A stretch of 64,000 bases of DNA from contig CP064990.1 in the NCBI GenBank assembly GCA_016699915.1, positions 732,125 through 796,124 on the forward strand. The letters are read 5' to 3'. This document shows, one piece after another, positions 37,977 through 48,876 of this stretch. The notes below the pieces were generated by a model that was not told the origin of the DNA, did no database searches, and saw nothing but the letters and a program-made list of their open reading frames with translations. How positions within the stretch are numbered: the first letter of the stretch is position 1; every line of letters starts with the position of its first letter. The position numbers were made by a program, and so were the translations under genes. Source of the stretch: Neisseriales bacterium (GTDB lineage: Bacteria; Pseudomonadota; Gammaproteobacteria; Burkholderiales; Q3-R57-64).

Positions 37977-40160
37977 ATGATTATGCATACTGCATCGGCA
38001 CCACACCATTTGGTATCCGTGGCAATTAACGTCCCGCTTTTTAAAACATTCCGTTACCAATTTTCCCATCCCTTGGCGATCGGTACCCGAGTACTTGTTC
38101 CTTTTCGCCAAAAGCAGTTGGTTGGTTTTATATGGGATAAAACTTCGGAAGATGATGTAGAGCCACAACGCATCAAAACAATCAACAAAGTACTAGCAGA
38201 CATACCACCTTTACCTCAAGATCTTTGTGCATTGGTGCGTTTTTGTGCAGCGTATTACCACTACCCAATTGGCCAAGTATTATTTGCAGCCATTCCGACC
38301 TTACTTCGTCGTGCCAAACCCGTCACATTACCGGATCTGCAGCATTGGGCACTCACACAACTAGGTCGTCAGCAAGCACCTCCAGCGATTCATAAAAAAG
38401 CGCAGCACCGGCTATGGCAAGCCCTCCACACCCAAATATCCATGACGCTCCAAGAAGCAGCCGTTTTAAACCCACAAGCTAAAACACTGTTTATAAAGTG
38501 GAATGCAGCTGGTTGGCTCACCCAAACATGCAATCAAGCACCATGGGCAAAGGTAAAAGGACTTGACCTTAATACTGCGCAGAACAACGCAGTTAAAGCC
38601 ATATCACTTACACAATATGGTTGCTATTTACTGCATGGCGTCACAGGAAGTGGTAAAACCGAAGTCTATCTCCACTTGATAGACAAGGTTCTTAAGCAAG
38701 GCCATCAAGTATTGATTTTGGTACCCGAAATTAGTCTTACACCGCAATTATTAGCGCAGTTTGCCAAGCGATTCCCTCATACTACAACTGTCGCTTTGCA
38801 TAGCCAGTTAACTGACGCACAGCGTTTTAAAGCATGGTACCAAGCAAGTAGCAATCAAGCTCATATCATTATCGGCGCAAGACTGAGTGTATTTACAGCT
38901 TTGCCTAAGCTTGGCCTCATCGTTATTGATGAAGAACATGATCCTTCCTTTAAACAACAAGATGAAGTGCGCTATCATGCAAGAGACTTGGCCATTTGGC
39001 GTGCTCGCCAAGCTCATATTCCAATTGTACTTTGCAGTGCTACACCCAGCTTAGAAAGTGTATTGAACAGCCAACTTGGTCGATGCCATCTACTCACTCT
39101 ACCGCAACGTGCACATAAAAAAGCATGCTTGCCAGCTATCCACCTGATTAATATTCAGTCAGTACCACTACAAAACGGCCTAAGCGAAACAGTCATCCAC
39201 GCACTTAAACAAACTTGGCAAGAAAATCAGCAAAGTTTGATATTTATCAACCGACGCGGACTGGCACCAGTTATACGTTGTGTCTCATGCGGTTGGATAC
39301 CACAATGCAAACATTGTTCCACCAAACTTGTGCTACATCAGCATCAACGATTACTGTGTCACCGATGTGGTTATCAGCAAGTCACTCACATAGTCTGCCC
39401 AGATTGTGGTGAGCTTGATTTACGAGCATTAGGCCAAGGCACACAAAGTATTGAAGACACTGTAACCTGTCTATTGCCTCAAGCAACCGTATTGCGCGTT
39501 GATCGCGATACCATGCAGCATCAAAAAAGATGGCATCAATTTTATGAAGCCATGCAAAAGCGCAAAATTGATATACTGGTTGGAACGCAAATGCTCACCA
39601 AAGGTCATGATTTTCCGCATATTGCTACAGTAATTGTGTTAAACGCAGATCATGGTCTGTACGCAGCAGATTTTCGTTCAGCCGAACGTTTATTTGCACA
39701 ATTAATTCAAGTATCTGGTCGTGCTGGCAGAGCAGCAATACCAGGGCAAGTTTTTATTCAAACTGCGTGGCCTGAACATCCCTTGTACAAAGCCCTCATT
39801 AATCATGATGTGGCAGGATTTGCAGCCAACGAACTAACAGAACGCATGAAGGCTAATTTTCCTCCCTTTACTTTTCAAGCATTGTTACGTGCTGATGCGA
39901 AATCGTTATCGCAGGCCACTGATTTTTTGTCTCGAGTCAAAATATGCTTGCATACTGACCAAAATATTGCTTTATACGGACCCATGCAGGCCATGACGGC
40001 AAAACTAAAAGGAAGAGTCCGTATGCAGCTCGTGTTAGAAGCTAAGCAACGCAGAGCGCTGCACCAAAGCTTACGTATCGGGCTACCGCAAATCATGCAA
40101 CTTCACAAACACTACGCAAACATCAGATGGTCAATTGATGTGGATCCACAAGAATTTTAG
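37977..40160 (+). CDS. priA: Primosomal replication-restart helicase PriA
   Basis: 727 aa with Walker A GVTGSGKTE, a DEEH box (VIDEEHDPSFKQ) and a Cys-rich zinc-binding insert (CVSCGW..CKHCS..CHRCG..CPDCG). Confidence 0.95.
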   Translation: MIMHTASAPHHLVSVAINVPLFKTFRYQFSHPLAIGTRVLVPFRQKQLVGFIWDKTSEDDVEPQRIKTINKVLADIPPLPQDLCALVRFCAAYYHYPIGQVLFAAIPTLLRRAKPVTLPDLQHWALTQLGRQQAPPAIHKKAQHRLWQALHTQISMTLQEAAVLNPQAKTLFIKWNAAGWLTQTCNQAPWAKVKGLDLNTAQNNAVKAISLTQYGCYLLHGVTGSGKTEVYLHLIDKVLKQGHQVLILVPEISLTPQLLAQFAKRFPHTTTVALHSQLTDAQRFKAWYQASSNQAHIIIGARLSVFTALPKLGLIVIDEEHDPSFKQQDEVRYHARDLAIWRARQAHIPIVLCSATPSLESVLNSQLGRCHLLTLPQRAHKKACLPAIHLINIQSVPLQNGLSETVIHALKQTWQENQQSLIFINRRGLAPVIRCVSCGWIPQCKHCSTKLVLHQHQRLLCHRCGYQQVTHIVCPDCGELDLRALGQGTQSIEDTVTCLLPQATVLRVDRDTMQHQKRWHQFYEAMQKRKIDILVGTQMLTKGHDFPHIATVIVLNADHGLYAADFRSAERLFAQLIQVSGRAGRAAIPGQVFIQTAWPEHPLYKALINHDVAGFAANELTERMKANFPPFTFQALLRADAKSLSQATDFLSRVKICLHTDQNIALYGPMQAMTAKLKGRVRMQLVLEAKQRRALHQSLRIGLPQIMQLHKHYANIRWSIDVDPQEF

Positions 40161-40206
40161 CAATCAGCAGCTGATCAATCATTACACCTTCTTCTATCAA
40201 GAAATA

Positions 40207-40812
40207 ATGGGTGTGATATGGCTAGGCCTTGGCTATTTTATAGCCTCGGCGATAGGATATCGTATTTTATCAATTACACCTACATTGAACGATAGTAACC
40301 TATGGTCAACGCTACTGATCGAAGCAGTACTCGGCATATGCATACTTTCTTCCCTATTTAAGCAGCAGTACTCATGCTTAATCGGAAAGAATATGTGCAC
40401 ACTATATGACATCGGTTGGGTAATAGGACAATTGATCCTTTTATTCTTGGGCATCCATGTCATCAATAACGGCTATCTTGCACTCAATTTGCACCATGCA
40501 ACCAATATTGTCTACACACACCAAGCAAGCATACTAACCATCCTCATCTTTTCTTTTTGTAATGCTTGTTATGAGGAAAGCATTTTATTGGGATATCTTT
40601 TGCATCGCTTGTGTACCAAAAACATCGGCATCGCTATATTGGTGAGTCTACTAATTCGCCTGTCATACCATATTCATTATGATTTTTTAGGCCTTATACA
40701 TATTGCCTTATTTGGCTTAGTAGTCAGTTTTAACTATCTATGTCTTGGACGTATCGCGCCAGCTGTACTAACGCATGCACTCTACGATGTGATTGCGTTG
40801 AGCAACCTTTAA
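40207..40812 (+). CDS. CPBP-family intramembrane glutamic endopeptidase (CAAX protease/Abi-like)
   Basis: Polytopic membrane protein with the motifs ..CYEESILLGYLLHRL.. (EExxxR-like) and ..HALYD... Start trimmed to the first ATG after the priA stop (the track ORF starts at 40135 inside priA). Confidence 0.7.
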   Translation: MGVIWLGLGYFIASAIGYRILSITPTLNDSNLWSTLLIEAVLGICILSSLFKQQYSCLIGKNMCTLYDIGWVIGQLILLFLGIHVINNGYLALNLHHATNIVYTHQASILTILIFSFCNACYEESILLGYLLHRLCTKNIGIAILVSLLIRLSYHIHYDFLGLIHIALFGLVVSFNYLCLGRIAPAVLTHALYDVIALSNL

Positions 40813-40829
40813 CATATCAGAATCGGCTC

Positions 40830-40860
40830 CAAAACCCCCGCTATCAAAATGGGGGTTTTG
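40830..40860. terminator. Bidirectional intrinsic terminator between convergent genes
   Basis: CAAAACCCCC (40830-40839) pairs with GGGGGTTTTG (40851-40860) across an 11-nt loop. It is flanked by A/T runs on both sides and sits between the CPBP gene (+) and the peroxiredoxin gene (-). Confidence 0.75.
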
Positions 40861-40878
40861 TGTAATCAATTTGCGCGA

Positions 40879-41496
40879 TTATAAAGACTGGGCATGCTTA
40901 GCCAAGTAGGTCGCTACCCCTTTTGCATTAGGTTGCATACCATCATGACCCTTTTTCCAGCCAGCAGGACAAACTTCGCCATGCTTTTCGCTAAATTGCA
41001 GCGCATCAATCATGCGCAACATTTCATCAACATTGCGTCCAAGCGGTAGGTTGTTGACGACTTGATGTTGTACTACGCCAACTTTATCAATCAAGAAAGA
41101 ACCGCGCAATGCCACGCCATTAGAAGATTCCACATCATATGCTTGAATGATTTCGCGTTTAATATCTGACACCATGATATAACCGAGTGGACCAACGCCT
41201 CCTTTTTCAATAGGTGTATTGCGCCATGCAGCATGCGTAAAGTGACTATCTAGCGATACGCTAATGACCACGGTATTGCGTTCCTGAAATGCTTGGAGTC
41301 GGTTGTGAAACGCAATTAACTCAGAAGGACAAACAAAAGTAAAATCAAGCGGATAAAAAAACACGACAGCGTATTGATTCACTGTCGCTTTTTGAAAATT
41401 AAAATTTTCTACAATATTTCCATCACCTTCAACAGCTGCAAACATTTTGCTTGCATCATGAAAAAATGGGGCAACTTTGCCAACCAGTACTGACAT
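40879..41496 (-). CDS. Typical 2-Cys peroxiredoxin (AhpC/Prx1 family)
   Basis: Peroxidatic site PLDFTFVCPSE and resolving-Cys region GEVCPAGW. Confidence 0.92.
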   Translation of the reverse strand: MSVLVGKVAPFFHDASKMFAAVEGDGNIVENFNFQKATVNQYAVVFFYPLDFTFVCPSELIAFHNRLQAFQERNTVVISVSLDSHFTHAAWRNTPIEKGGVGPLGYIMVSDIKREIIQAYDVESSNGVALRGSFLIDKVGVVQHQVVNNLPLGRNVDEMLRMIDALQFSEKHGEVCPAGWKKGHDGMQPNAKGVATYLAKHAQSL

Positions 41497-41589
41497 TACG
41501 CTCTCCTTTATAAAAAAACAATCGCCAAACTGTAATCATTTGGCATGCATGAGTACATAGTAAATCAAAAATATGCCTGTTAAACCATC

Positions 41590-43395
41590 CTAAGCAGGTT
41601 TATTTTTTATGCTGGGCAATAAAGAAAGCCCTAATTCACGAAGCTGTGCCATGCTCACGGTATTGGGTGCTTCCGTTAGCAGGCATTGTGCCCGCTGTGT
41701 TTTGGGAAAAGCAATCACATCACGAATTGAATCTACGCGTGCCATCAAAGCAACTAGGCGATCTAAGCCTAATGCAATACCGCCATGTGGCGGGGCACCC
41801 AGCATCAAATTATCCAGCAAAAAACCAAACTTATCTTGCTGTACATCGGGCGTAATGCCGAGTACAGAGAACACCTTTTGCTGTAGTGCCATGCGATGAA
41901 TTCTGATTGATCCACCGCCCAACTCCCAGCCGTTTAATACCATATCATAAGCTCTTGCTAAACACCGTTCAGGATGCGTTACCATCAACTCCTCATGTTC
42001 TGGTATAGGACTCGTAAAAGGGTGGTGGCAAGCAACCCAGCGGCGATTTTCTTCGTCATACTCAAACATGGGAAAATGCGTTACCCATAGTGGGCACCAT
42101 TGATCGCTAAAATAACCTTCCTTGAGTCCTTGTTCACGGCCAATTTTAAGGCGCAATGCCCCCATTGACTCGTTAACAATATGACTTGATCCAGCCCCGA
42201 ATAAGATCAGGTCGCCGTTTTGAGCTTGCGTGCGTGTAACAATGGTCGCTAATGTTTCATCTGATAAAAATTTGATAATCGGTGACTGCAAACCACTTTG
42301 TTCATCATGCGTTGGTCTGGTTTTGTCGTTAATTTTGATATAAGCTAGTCCCTTTGCGCCATAAGTTGCCACAAAAGCTGTGTAGTCATCCAGCATCTTG
42401 CGACTCATTGTACCCCCATGAGGAATACATAATCCCACAACGCGACCTTTTTTGCTACGAGCAGCTTCGCGAAACACAGCAAACTTATCGTCTTTTACGA
42501 CATCCGTTAATTCTGTTAATTCCAATGCAACACGTAAATCAGGCTTATCCGATCCAAAGCGCTGCATCGCTTCCTGATAAGTCATCTTGGGAAAATCCCC
42601 TAAGGTTACCTGTAACACGCGCTGAAAAACATCACGTACCAGCTGCTCGCCGATGTGCATAATAGCCGTTTCATCTAAAAAGGAAGTTTCAACATCAATT
42701 TGCGTAAATTCTGGCTGGCGATCCGCTCGCAAATCCTCATCTCGAAAACATTTCACAATTTGGTAATAACGATCAAAACCCGCAATCATAAGTAGCTGTT
42801 TGAAAAGTTGCGGTGATTGGGGAAGCGCAAAACTTTTTCCAGGATGGACACGACTCGGTACTAAATAATCTCGTGCTCCTTCAGGTGTTGATCGCGTCAG
42901 CATAGGGGTTTCGATATCAATGAAGCCAGCTTGATCAAGATGGCGCCTAATCGCAGCGGTAACCTGATGCCTTAAACGTAAGTTGTGCTGCATAAAAGGT
43001 CGGCGCAAATCCATAACGCGGTATTGCAGACGCACTGCTTCGGATAAGCCTTCTTCGTCTATCTGAAAAGGAGGTGGTAAAGCAGTATTTAGCACCGTAA
43101 TCTGATCGGCCAAAATTTCAATATGACCCGATATCAAATTAAGATTAACTGTCTCTTGGCTACGTTGACAAACTTTGCCCGTTACTAATAATACATATTC
43201 GTTGCGTACCATGTCGGCCACTTCAAAAGCATGGCTTGTTTTAGCATTGGCAACAACCTGTACCACCCCTTCTCGATCACGCAGATCAATAAAAATCAAT
43301 TGGCCGTGGTCACGCTTTTTGCCAACCCATCCTGCTACAGTAATCCTTTGACCCAAATACCGCTCATCAATCAGACCACAATAATCAGTGCTCAC
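41590..43395 (-). CDS. aspS: Aspartate--tRNA ligase
   Basis: 601 aa class IIb aaRS with an OB anticodon-binding N-domain, motif 2 [18 protein letters not shown] and motif 3 [11 protein letters not shown]. Confidence 0.96.
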   Translation of the reverse strand: MSTDYCGLIDERYLGQRITVAGWVGKKRDHGQLIFIDLRDREGVVQVVANAKTSHAFEVADMVRNEYVLLVTGKVCQRSQETVNLNLISGHIEILADQITVLNTALPPPFQIDEEGLSEAVRLQYRVMDLRRPFMQHNLRLRHQVTAAIRRHLDQAGFIDIETPMLTRSTPEGARDYLVPSRVHPGKSFALPQSPQLFKQLLMIAGFDRYYQIVKCFRDEDLRADRQPEFTQIDVETSFLDETAIMHIGEQLVRDVFQRVLQVTLGDFPKMTYQEAMQRFGSDKPDLRVALELTELTDVVKDDKFAVFREAARSKKGRVVGLCIPHGGTMSRKMLDDYTAFVATYGAKGLAYIKINDKTRPTHDEQSGLQSPIIKFLSDETLATIVTRTQAQNGDLILFGAGSSHIVNESMGALRLKIGREQGLKEGYFSDQWCPLWVTHFPMFEYDEENRRWVACHHPFTSPIPEHEELMVTHPERCLARAYDMVLNGWELGGGSIRIHRMALQQKVFSVLGITPDVQQDKFGFLLDNLMLGAPPHGGIALGLDRLVALMARVDSIRDVIAFPKTQRAQCLLTEAPNTVSMAQLRELGLSLLPSIKNKPA

Positions 43396-43594
43396 AGCAT
43401 CCCCCGCACGTTCGGCCTGTTGTTGGGCATATCGGTCTTTCTGGTTGGATAGATACTAGCGAAGCTGGTGTGCTCACACACTTTTGATAGGTAGCACTCC
43501 TACACCTTGGGCAACAGGTCACACCTTGGCCTAATTTACACCAATGCTCTTGTTTATGACCACACACATCACAACGATACTCATAGATCGGCAT
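43385..43594 (-). CDS. FmdB-family zinc-ribbon protein
   Basis: [16 protein letters not shown]......CPRCRS is the signature of the FmdB/CxxC_CxxC_SSSS family. It overlaps the aspS start by 11 nt. Confidence 0.85.
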   Translation of the reverse strand: MPIYEYRCDVCGHKQEHWCKLGQGVTCCPRCRSATYQKCVSTPASLVSIQPERPICPTTGRTCGGCCEH

Positions 43595-43856
43595 AGCCTA
43601 CCCCAAAGCAATCTTAATAATAAATCACCCCTATTGCTCTTAATTTATGAATAAGAACAATAAAAAATCAGTATAGCGCAAAATGGAATACTACAATACA
43701 TTCCGTAGCATTGATAGAAGACGCCACGCGTTGTTGTTATTATTAAGTTATCCGATGGCCGATATAAATCTAGTTTAGAATAGTCAAGTAATCATCATTA
43801 AGAGTTAACTACTTGCTATGCGTGTCATTTGAATACCTATTGGCAAAATCATTCCC

Positions 43857-44678
43857 ATGTATGCATTACACACTGTTATCGAAAAATGGTTTGAAGAGCG
43901 TCATCATATTACGCCTGATACTGCATCTGATGAGCTGAAAGATGCAATAGTAAGTATCATCATGGGACTGGACCAAGGTACTTTGCGCGTTGCAGAAAAA
44001 ATAAATGGTCTGTGGTATACCCATGAATGGCTCAAAAAAGCCGTGTTGCTTTCCTTTTTAATTCGCGACAATACCTTTTTTGATGCCCCCATACATCGCT
44101 ATTACGATAAGGTTTTGCCCAAATTCATCACTTGGGAAGCAAAAGATTTTTCGCGTGCTGGAGTTCGCGTCGTGCCCGGTGCACTGGCCAGACAGGGTGC
44201 TTACATTGCTAACAATACTGTCTTAATGCCCTCTTACACCAATATTGGCGCTTATATTGATGAGGGCACGATGGTAGATAGCTGGGTAACAGTTGGCTCT
44301 TGTGCACAAATTGGCAAGTGTGTACACCTGTCTAGCAATGTTGTAATTGGAGGCGTTTTAGAACCGCTACAAGCAACACCAACAATCATTGAGGATCATT
44401 GTTTTATCGGCGCAGGTTCAGCAATCGTAGAAGGGGTAATTGTTGAGGAAGGATCTGTCGTTGCCATGGGTGTAACCATCAGTCAATCTACCCGCATTTA
44501 CCACCGTCAAACTAAACAAATCAGCTATGGACGAATTCCTACAGGCTCAGTAGTAGTTGCCGGAAGTCTACCTAGCGAAGACAATTCCTGCAGTTTATAT
44601 TGTGCTGTTATTGTCAAACAGGTAGATGCTAAAACACGCGCCAAAACTAGAATCAACCAACTGCTACGAGAAATATAG
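43857..44678 (+). CDS. dapD: 2,3,4,5-tetrahydropyridine-2,6-dicarboxylate N-succinyltransferase
   Basis: 273 aa; ..[25 protein letters not shown].. plus C-terminal hexapeptide repeats; collinear with enterobacterial DapD. Confidence 0.94.
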   Translation: MYALHTVIEKWFEERHHITPDTASDELKDAIVSIIMGLDQGTLRVAEKINGLWYTHEWLKKAVLLSFLIRDNTFFDAPIHRYYDKVLPKFITWEAKDFSRAGVRVVPGALARQGAYIANNTVLMPSYTNIGAYIDEGTMVDSWVTVGSCAQIGKCVHLSSNVVIGGVLEPLQATPTIIEDHCFIGAGSAIVEGVIVEEGSVVAMGVTISQSTRIYHRQTKQISYGRIPTGSVVVAGSLPSEDNSCSLYCAVIVKQVDAKTRAKTRINQLLREI

Positions 44679-44712
44679 AAGTATAAAAGTGATGATGTAA
44701 CCTAAACTGTAT

Positions 44713-45534
44713 ATGACATATCTTTGCCCTCCCTTAGAACAAACACCATGCTGCATGGCACTTAGCCATGTTGGTTTTAGCTATGGCGAACAGTTGGTGT
44801 TGCGGGATATTAGCCTCACAATCCCGCAAGGCAAGATTGTTGCCATTATGGGCAGTAGTGGCAGTGGTAAAACAACTCTACTGCGACTGATGGCCGGACT
44901 GCTGCGAACAGAATTAGGTGAGATCCGATTTCAAGATCAGCCCATGCATACATTAGAAGAAAAAGCATTGAATCGCTATCGGCGTCATATGGGCATCTTA
45001 TTTCAATTTGGCGCCCTCATGACCGATTTGAATGTTTTTGAGAATATCGCTTTTCCTCTTCGCGAACACACCCGTTTGCCCGAAGCTATTATCCGTGATA
45101 TGGTAACCTTAAAATTACATGTAGTAGGCTTGCGTGGAACGCAATCACTCATGCCCTCCGAACTATCAGGAGGTATGGCAAGGCGTGTTGCTTTAGCGCG
45201 CGCTATTGCTTTAGACCCTACCTTAATGCTTTACGATGAACCTTTTGCTGGATTAGACCCCATTTCCCTAAGCATCATTGCGCACCTCATTAAACAGTTG
45301 CAAATTGCGCTCAATGCAACCGCAATCATCGTCACGCATGATATCGTTGAGTCACTCAAGATCGTTGATTATGTCTACTTTATCGCAAATGGCATTGTAG
45401 TGGCGCAGGGCACACCAGCTAGTTTAGTCAAAAGTCGTTCGCCTTGGTTAGTACAGTTTATACAGGGCAAAAAAGATGGTCCAGTCAATTTCGCTTACCC
45501 TAACCCGCAAACATTATTTGAAGAGTTGTCTTAA
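44713..45534 (+). CDS. mlaF: Phospholipid ABC transporter ATP-binding protein MlaF
   Basis: Walker A GSSGSGKTT, signature LSGGMARRVALAR, Walker B LMLYDEPFAGLD. First gene of an mlaFEDCB-ordered operon. The true start may be the internal ATG at 44755. Confidence 0.9.
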   Translation: MTYLCPPLEQTPCCMALSHVGFSYGEQLVLRDISLTIPQGKIVAIMGSSGSGKTTLLRLMAGLLRTELGEIRFQDQPMHTLEEKALNRYRRHMGILFQFGALMTDLNVFENIAFPLREHTRLPEAIIRDMVTLKLHVVGLRGTQSLMPSELSGGMARRVALARAIALDPTLMLYDEPFAGLDPISLSIIAHLIKQLQIALNATAIIVTHDIVESLKIVDYVYFIANGIVVAQGTPASLVKSRSPWLVQFIQGKKDGPVNFAYPNPQTLFEELS

Positions 45535-45540
45535 CTTGCC

Positions 45541-46326
45541 ATGCTAAATTTTCTCTACCGTCTGGTCAGTCAAATGGGTGCTTTTATCGTGGATACCATT
45601 TGGCAGCTTGGTTTTGCGGTTCATTTTTTGGCTCAAATATTGTGGCATTCCAAAAAAACCTTCTTTAGACCTATTTTAATCAGCCAAAATATCTATTTTT
45701 CAGGCGTGTTGTCACTTTTAATTACTCTGATATCCAGTTTATTTGTCGGGATGGTACTAGGTCTTCAAAGTTATCATGTTCTATTGCGTTTCGGATCTCC
45801 CAATGCTTTAGGGGCAATGGTTGCTGTGGCCTTACTCAGAGAGTTAGGGCCTGTGCTTTCTGCGCTACTTTTTGCAGGCAGAGCAGGTAGCGCTATTACA
45901 GCAGGCATTGGATTGATGAAAGCAACAGAACAACTGGACGCGATGCGTGCAATGGCTGTTGACCCTATTGACCATGTAATCGCTCCAAAATTTTGGGGTA
46001 TTGTTATTGCTGTACCAATACTTGCCTCAATGTTTAATGTGGTTGGCATATTAGGTAGTTATATAGTCGGCGTACTTATGGTAGGATTAGATCATGGTAT
46101 ATTTTGGTCACAGATTGCTATGCAAGTGGATTGGCATGTTGATATCGTTAATGGACTGATCAAAAGCATCACGTTTGGTATCAATATGGCTTGGATTGCT
46201 ATTTTTAAAGGCTATACCGCCGTACCAACTGCTGAAGGCGTTGCTCAAGCAACAACACAGACTGTTGTGCTATCAGCCCTAAGTGTTTTGGCGCTTGACT
46301 TTATATTAACGGCTTTCATGTTTTAG
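45541..46326 (+). CDS. mlaE: Phospholipid ABC transporter permease MlaE
   Basis: 261 aa with the MlaE/Ttg2B-type motif ..REL.PVL.ALLFAGRAGSA.TA.IG.MK.TEQ.DA... Confidence 0.92.
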   Translation: MLNFLYRLVSQMGAFIVDTIWQLGFAVHFLAQILWHSKKTFFRPILISQNIYFSGVLSLLITLISSLFVGMVLGLQSYHVLLRFGSPNALGAMVAVALLRELGPVLSALLFAGRAGSAITAGIGLMKATEQLDAMRAMAVDPIDHVIAPKFWGIVIAVPILASMFNVVGILGSYIVGVLMVGLDHGIFWSQIAMQVDWHVDIVNGLIKSITFGINMAWIAIFKGYTAVPTAEGVAQATTQTVVLSALSVLALDFILTAFMF

Positions 46327-46454
46327 CTAGCAATAAAGAGCTACAGCAAACAAAGCGTACAACAGCTACTCATTGCTGTTATGATGGTTCCAAGGAAACA
46401 TTGAAATGATGGTTGTTTCAATTATGATTGAATGAAGATGGGTTGAAGTTAATC

Positions 46455-46913
46455 ATGATGAAGCGTGCATTAACAGATTTATGGGTTGGATTGTTTGTTT
46501 CAATGGGCATAATCGCTATTAGTTTTTTAGCTTTGCAAAGCGCTAATTTGTCCAATCAGGGTAAAGAAGAAAGCTACACGTTATACGCAGAATTTGACAA
46601 TGTGGGCAATTTGGCAATTAGGGCGCCCGTTAAATCTTCCGGGGTGTTAATTGGGCGAGTCATTGATATCCAGTTAAATGCCAAAAAATATCTCGCCAGA
46701 GTGACGTTTAGCGTGAACAATCGGTACCGTTTTAGCCGTGATGTCAGCGCAGAAATACTTACAGCAGGCTTGTTAGGTGAGCAATATATTAATCTGACAC
46801 AAGGTGCTGAGCCATTTTATATTGAACCTAATGAACAAGTTACACTAACTTCCTCGGCAGTCGTGCTGGAACAGTTAATTGATAAATTTATCACCGGATG
46901 GGATAAAAAATGA
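46455..46913 (+). CDS. mlaD: Outer-membrane lipid asymmetry maintenance protein MlaD (MCE domain)
   Basis: N-terminal TM (LWVGLFVSMGIIAISFL) plus an MCE domain (..FDNVGNLAIRAPVKSSGVLIGRV..). Start trimmed to the tandem ATGs at 46455. Confidence 0.9.
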   Translation: MMKRALTDLWVGLFVSMGIIAISFLALQSANLSNQGKEESYTLYAEFDNVGNLAIRAPVKSSGVLIGRVIDIQLNAKKYLARVTFSVNNRYRFSRDVSAEILTAGLLGEQYINLTQGAEPFYIEPNEQVTLTSSAVVLEQLIDKFITGWDKK

Positions 46914-47545
46914 AGCCGCAGCATGTTATGCAATGGTTCGTTAAAAAAATTAGCGTGGCGCTTTGTATGATGTCAATCGTAGTATTGGCTCAAGCCAGTA
47001 CACCGAGCGAATTTGTGCAAAATAACTCACAAAAAGTAATTGATATTATTCAATGGCATAATGGCAAAAATGGCGCGCAAATTAGACAACAAATTGAAGT
47101 AGCAGTGATACCTTGGTTTGATTTTGACCGCATTACTGCTTTAGCAGTAGGGCAACATTGGAAAAAAGCCACACCAACACAGCAAACTCAGCTTGTTACT
47201 GCATTCCAGCAACTTTTACTGAATACCTATACCAGTATGGTTATTGGCTTTAAAAATGCGAAAATCATCATTAAACAAAAACCAAGACTGTTTGAAAACA
47301 GCAGTACATCAGTAGCAATGGTTAATGTACAAGTTAGACTTCCACAAGGTACACGCAGCAGAAAAATCTCTGTTAAATACGCACTTTACAAAAGCGAAGC
47401 AGATTGGAAAATCTTTAATGTCAGCGTTGAGGGCATGAGTTTGGTCACCATGTATCGTCATCAATTTAATAGCAAAGTAGCTAGAAACGGTATTAGTGGA
47501 CTGATTCATTTTTTACAAGAAAAAAATCGTCAAACCCACTCGTAA
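46910..47545 (+). CDS. mlaC: Phospholipid-binding periplasmic protein MlaC (Ttg2D family)
   Basis: Signal peptide plus a Tol/Ttg2D-like fold. Overlaps the mlaD stop; operon position. Confidence 0.85.
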   Translation: MKPQHVMQWFVKKISVALCMMSIVVLAQASTPSEFVQNNSQKVIDIIQWHNGKNGAQIRQQIEVAVIPWFDFDRITALAVGQHWKKATPTQQTQLVTAFQQLLLNTYTSMVIGFKNAKIIIKQKPRLFENSSTSVAMVNVQVRLPQGTRSRKISVKYALYKSEADWKIFNVSVEGMSLVTMYRHQFNSKVARNGISGLIHFLQEKNRQTHS

Positions 47546-47853
47546 TGGCTATGTTGCAAGCACAAGACGGTATCTTGCAAGTCGTTGGTACATTAGACCA
47601 AGATCATATACCTGCCCTGCTTGAAGAATTGTCAAGATCTGTGTCAGAACGGAATGTTACGATTGACTTATCCCGTACAGAACAAGCGAACTCTATCTTA
47701 CTTGCTATTTTGATTGATCTACAGCGCCAAGCTAAAAAACAAGGGCATGTTGTCACCGTCATCAACTGGCCGCAAAGCTTATTGAATTTAATTACGCTTT
47801 ATTCTCTTCAAGCCTTATTTAGCATAGAACCTGCTGCTATAGAACCGTCGTAA
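47545..47853 (+). CDS. mlaB: STAS-domain protein MlaB
   Basis: 102 aa STAS-sized protein with a TAATG overlap with mlaC. Operon position. Confidence 0.75.
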   Translation: MAMLQAQDGILQVVGTLDQDHIPALLEELSRSVSERNVTIDLSRTEQANSILLAILIDLQRQAKKQGHVVTVINWPQSLLNLITLYSLQALFSIEPAAIEPS

Positions 47854-47889
47854 ATTCTTCGCGTAACCATCATGCTTAGAGAGTTATCT

Positions 47890-48876
47890 ATGCAACCAAA
47901 ACAGCGTATTGTTGTTGGCATGTCCGGAGGCGTTGATTCATCAGTGACTGCTTGGTTACTCAAAAAACAAGGGCATGAAGTCGTTGGTGTCTTTATGAAA
48001 AATTGGGAAGACGAAGCAAATAACCCCTATTGCTCTATCAAGCAGGATGCTCTCGATGCCATTGCTGTTGCTGACGTCATCGGCATAGATATACATATTG
48101 TCAATTTTGCTAAAACCTATCAAGAAGAAGTGTTTGCAGATTTTTTAGCAGAATACGCAGCCGGGCGCACACCGAACCCTGATGTATTCTGCAATGCCAA
48201 GATCAAATTCAAGGCGTTTCTAGATCACGCAATCAGTCTTGGCGCAGAAGCTATTGCCACAGGTCACTATGCAAATATTGCAGTACAAAAACAACAATAT
48301 TATCTTCTAAAAGGAGTAGATGACATAAAAGACCAAAGCTATTTTTTGTATCGCCTCAATCAATATCAGCTTAGCCACGCAAATTTTCCATTGGGTATGT
48401 ATCGCAAAAACACAGTTCGAGAAATAGCTCAACAAGCCAATCTGCCAAACGCATATAAAAAAGATAGTACGGGTATTTGTTTTATTGGAGAGCGGCCATT
48501 TCAAACCTTTTTACAAAACTATTTACCTCACCAACCAGGTGTTATCATGACACTTGAAGGGAAAATTGTTGGGTATCATATCGGTCTTATGTACTATACC
48601 ATTGGCCAAAGAAAAGGCTTGGCCATCGGCGGCAAGGGCAAGCCTTGGTATGTGATTGACAAAAATATACAAAAAAACCAGTTGATTGTTGCGCAAGGAC
48701 ATAACCATCCCCACCTACTTAAAGACCATTTAACGCTAACAGATGTTAGCTGGATAGCTGGCAAAACACCAAAACTAGGTCGCTATCAAGCAAAAATCCG
48801 CTATCAAAGTGTTGATGCAACTTGTTTTTTAGAAAAAAATGAGCGGTTCGTGCTAAGCTTTCAAAAACCGCAATAG
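47890..48876 (+). CDS. mnmA: tRNA 2-thiouridine(34) synthase MnmA, terminated prematurely by an in-frame TAG (the conserved tail continues in frame to 48948)
   Basis: PP-loop [12 protein letters not shown], catalytic Cys regions (NPDVFCN.., DSTGICFIG). The ORF stops at TAG 48874-48876, but the next 23 in-frame codons read [23 protein letters not shown], the canonical MnmA C-terminus. Confidence 0.9.
   Translation: MQPKQRIVVGMSGGVDSSVTAWLLKKQGHEVVGVFMKNWEDEANNPYCSIKQDALDAIAVADVIGIDIHIVNFAKTYQEEVFADFLAEYAAGRTPNPDVFCNAKIKFKAFLDHAISLGAEAIATGHYANIAVQKQQYYLLKGVDDIKDQSYFLYRLNQYQLSHANFPLGMYRKNTVREIAQQANLPNAYKKDSTGICFIGERPFQTFLQNYLPHQPGVIMTLEGKIVGYHIGLMYYTIGQRKGLAIGGKGKPWYVIDKNIQKNQLIVAQGHNHPHLLKDHLTLTDVSWIAGKTPKLGRYQAKIRYQSVDATCFLEKNERFVLSFQKPQ

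Noticed and set aside
48874-48876. TAG reassignment or programmed recoding (for example pyrrolysine-like) as the explanation for the in-frame stop in mnmA.
   Set aside because: TAG terminates several well-conserved genes in this same window at their expected ends (pal, ppsA, tolA, bamD, mlaE, dapD, rpmJ). It therefore functions as a normal stop. A point mutation or sequencing error is far more likely.
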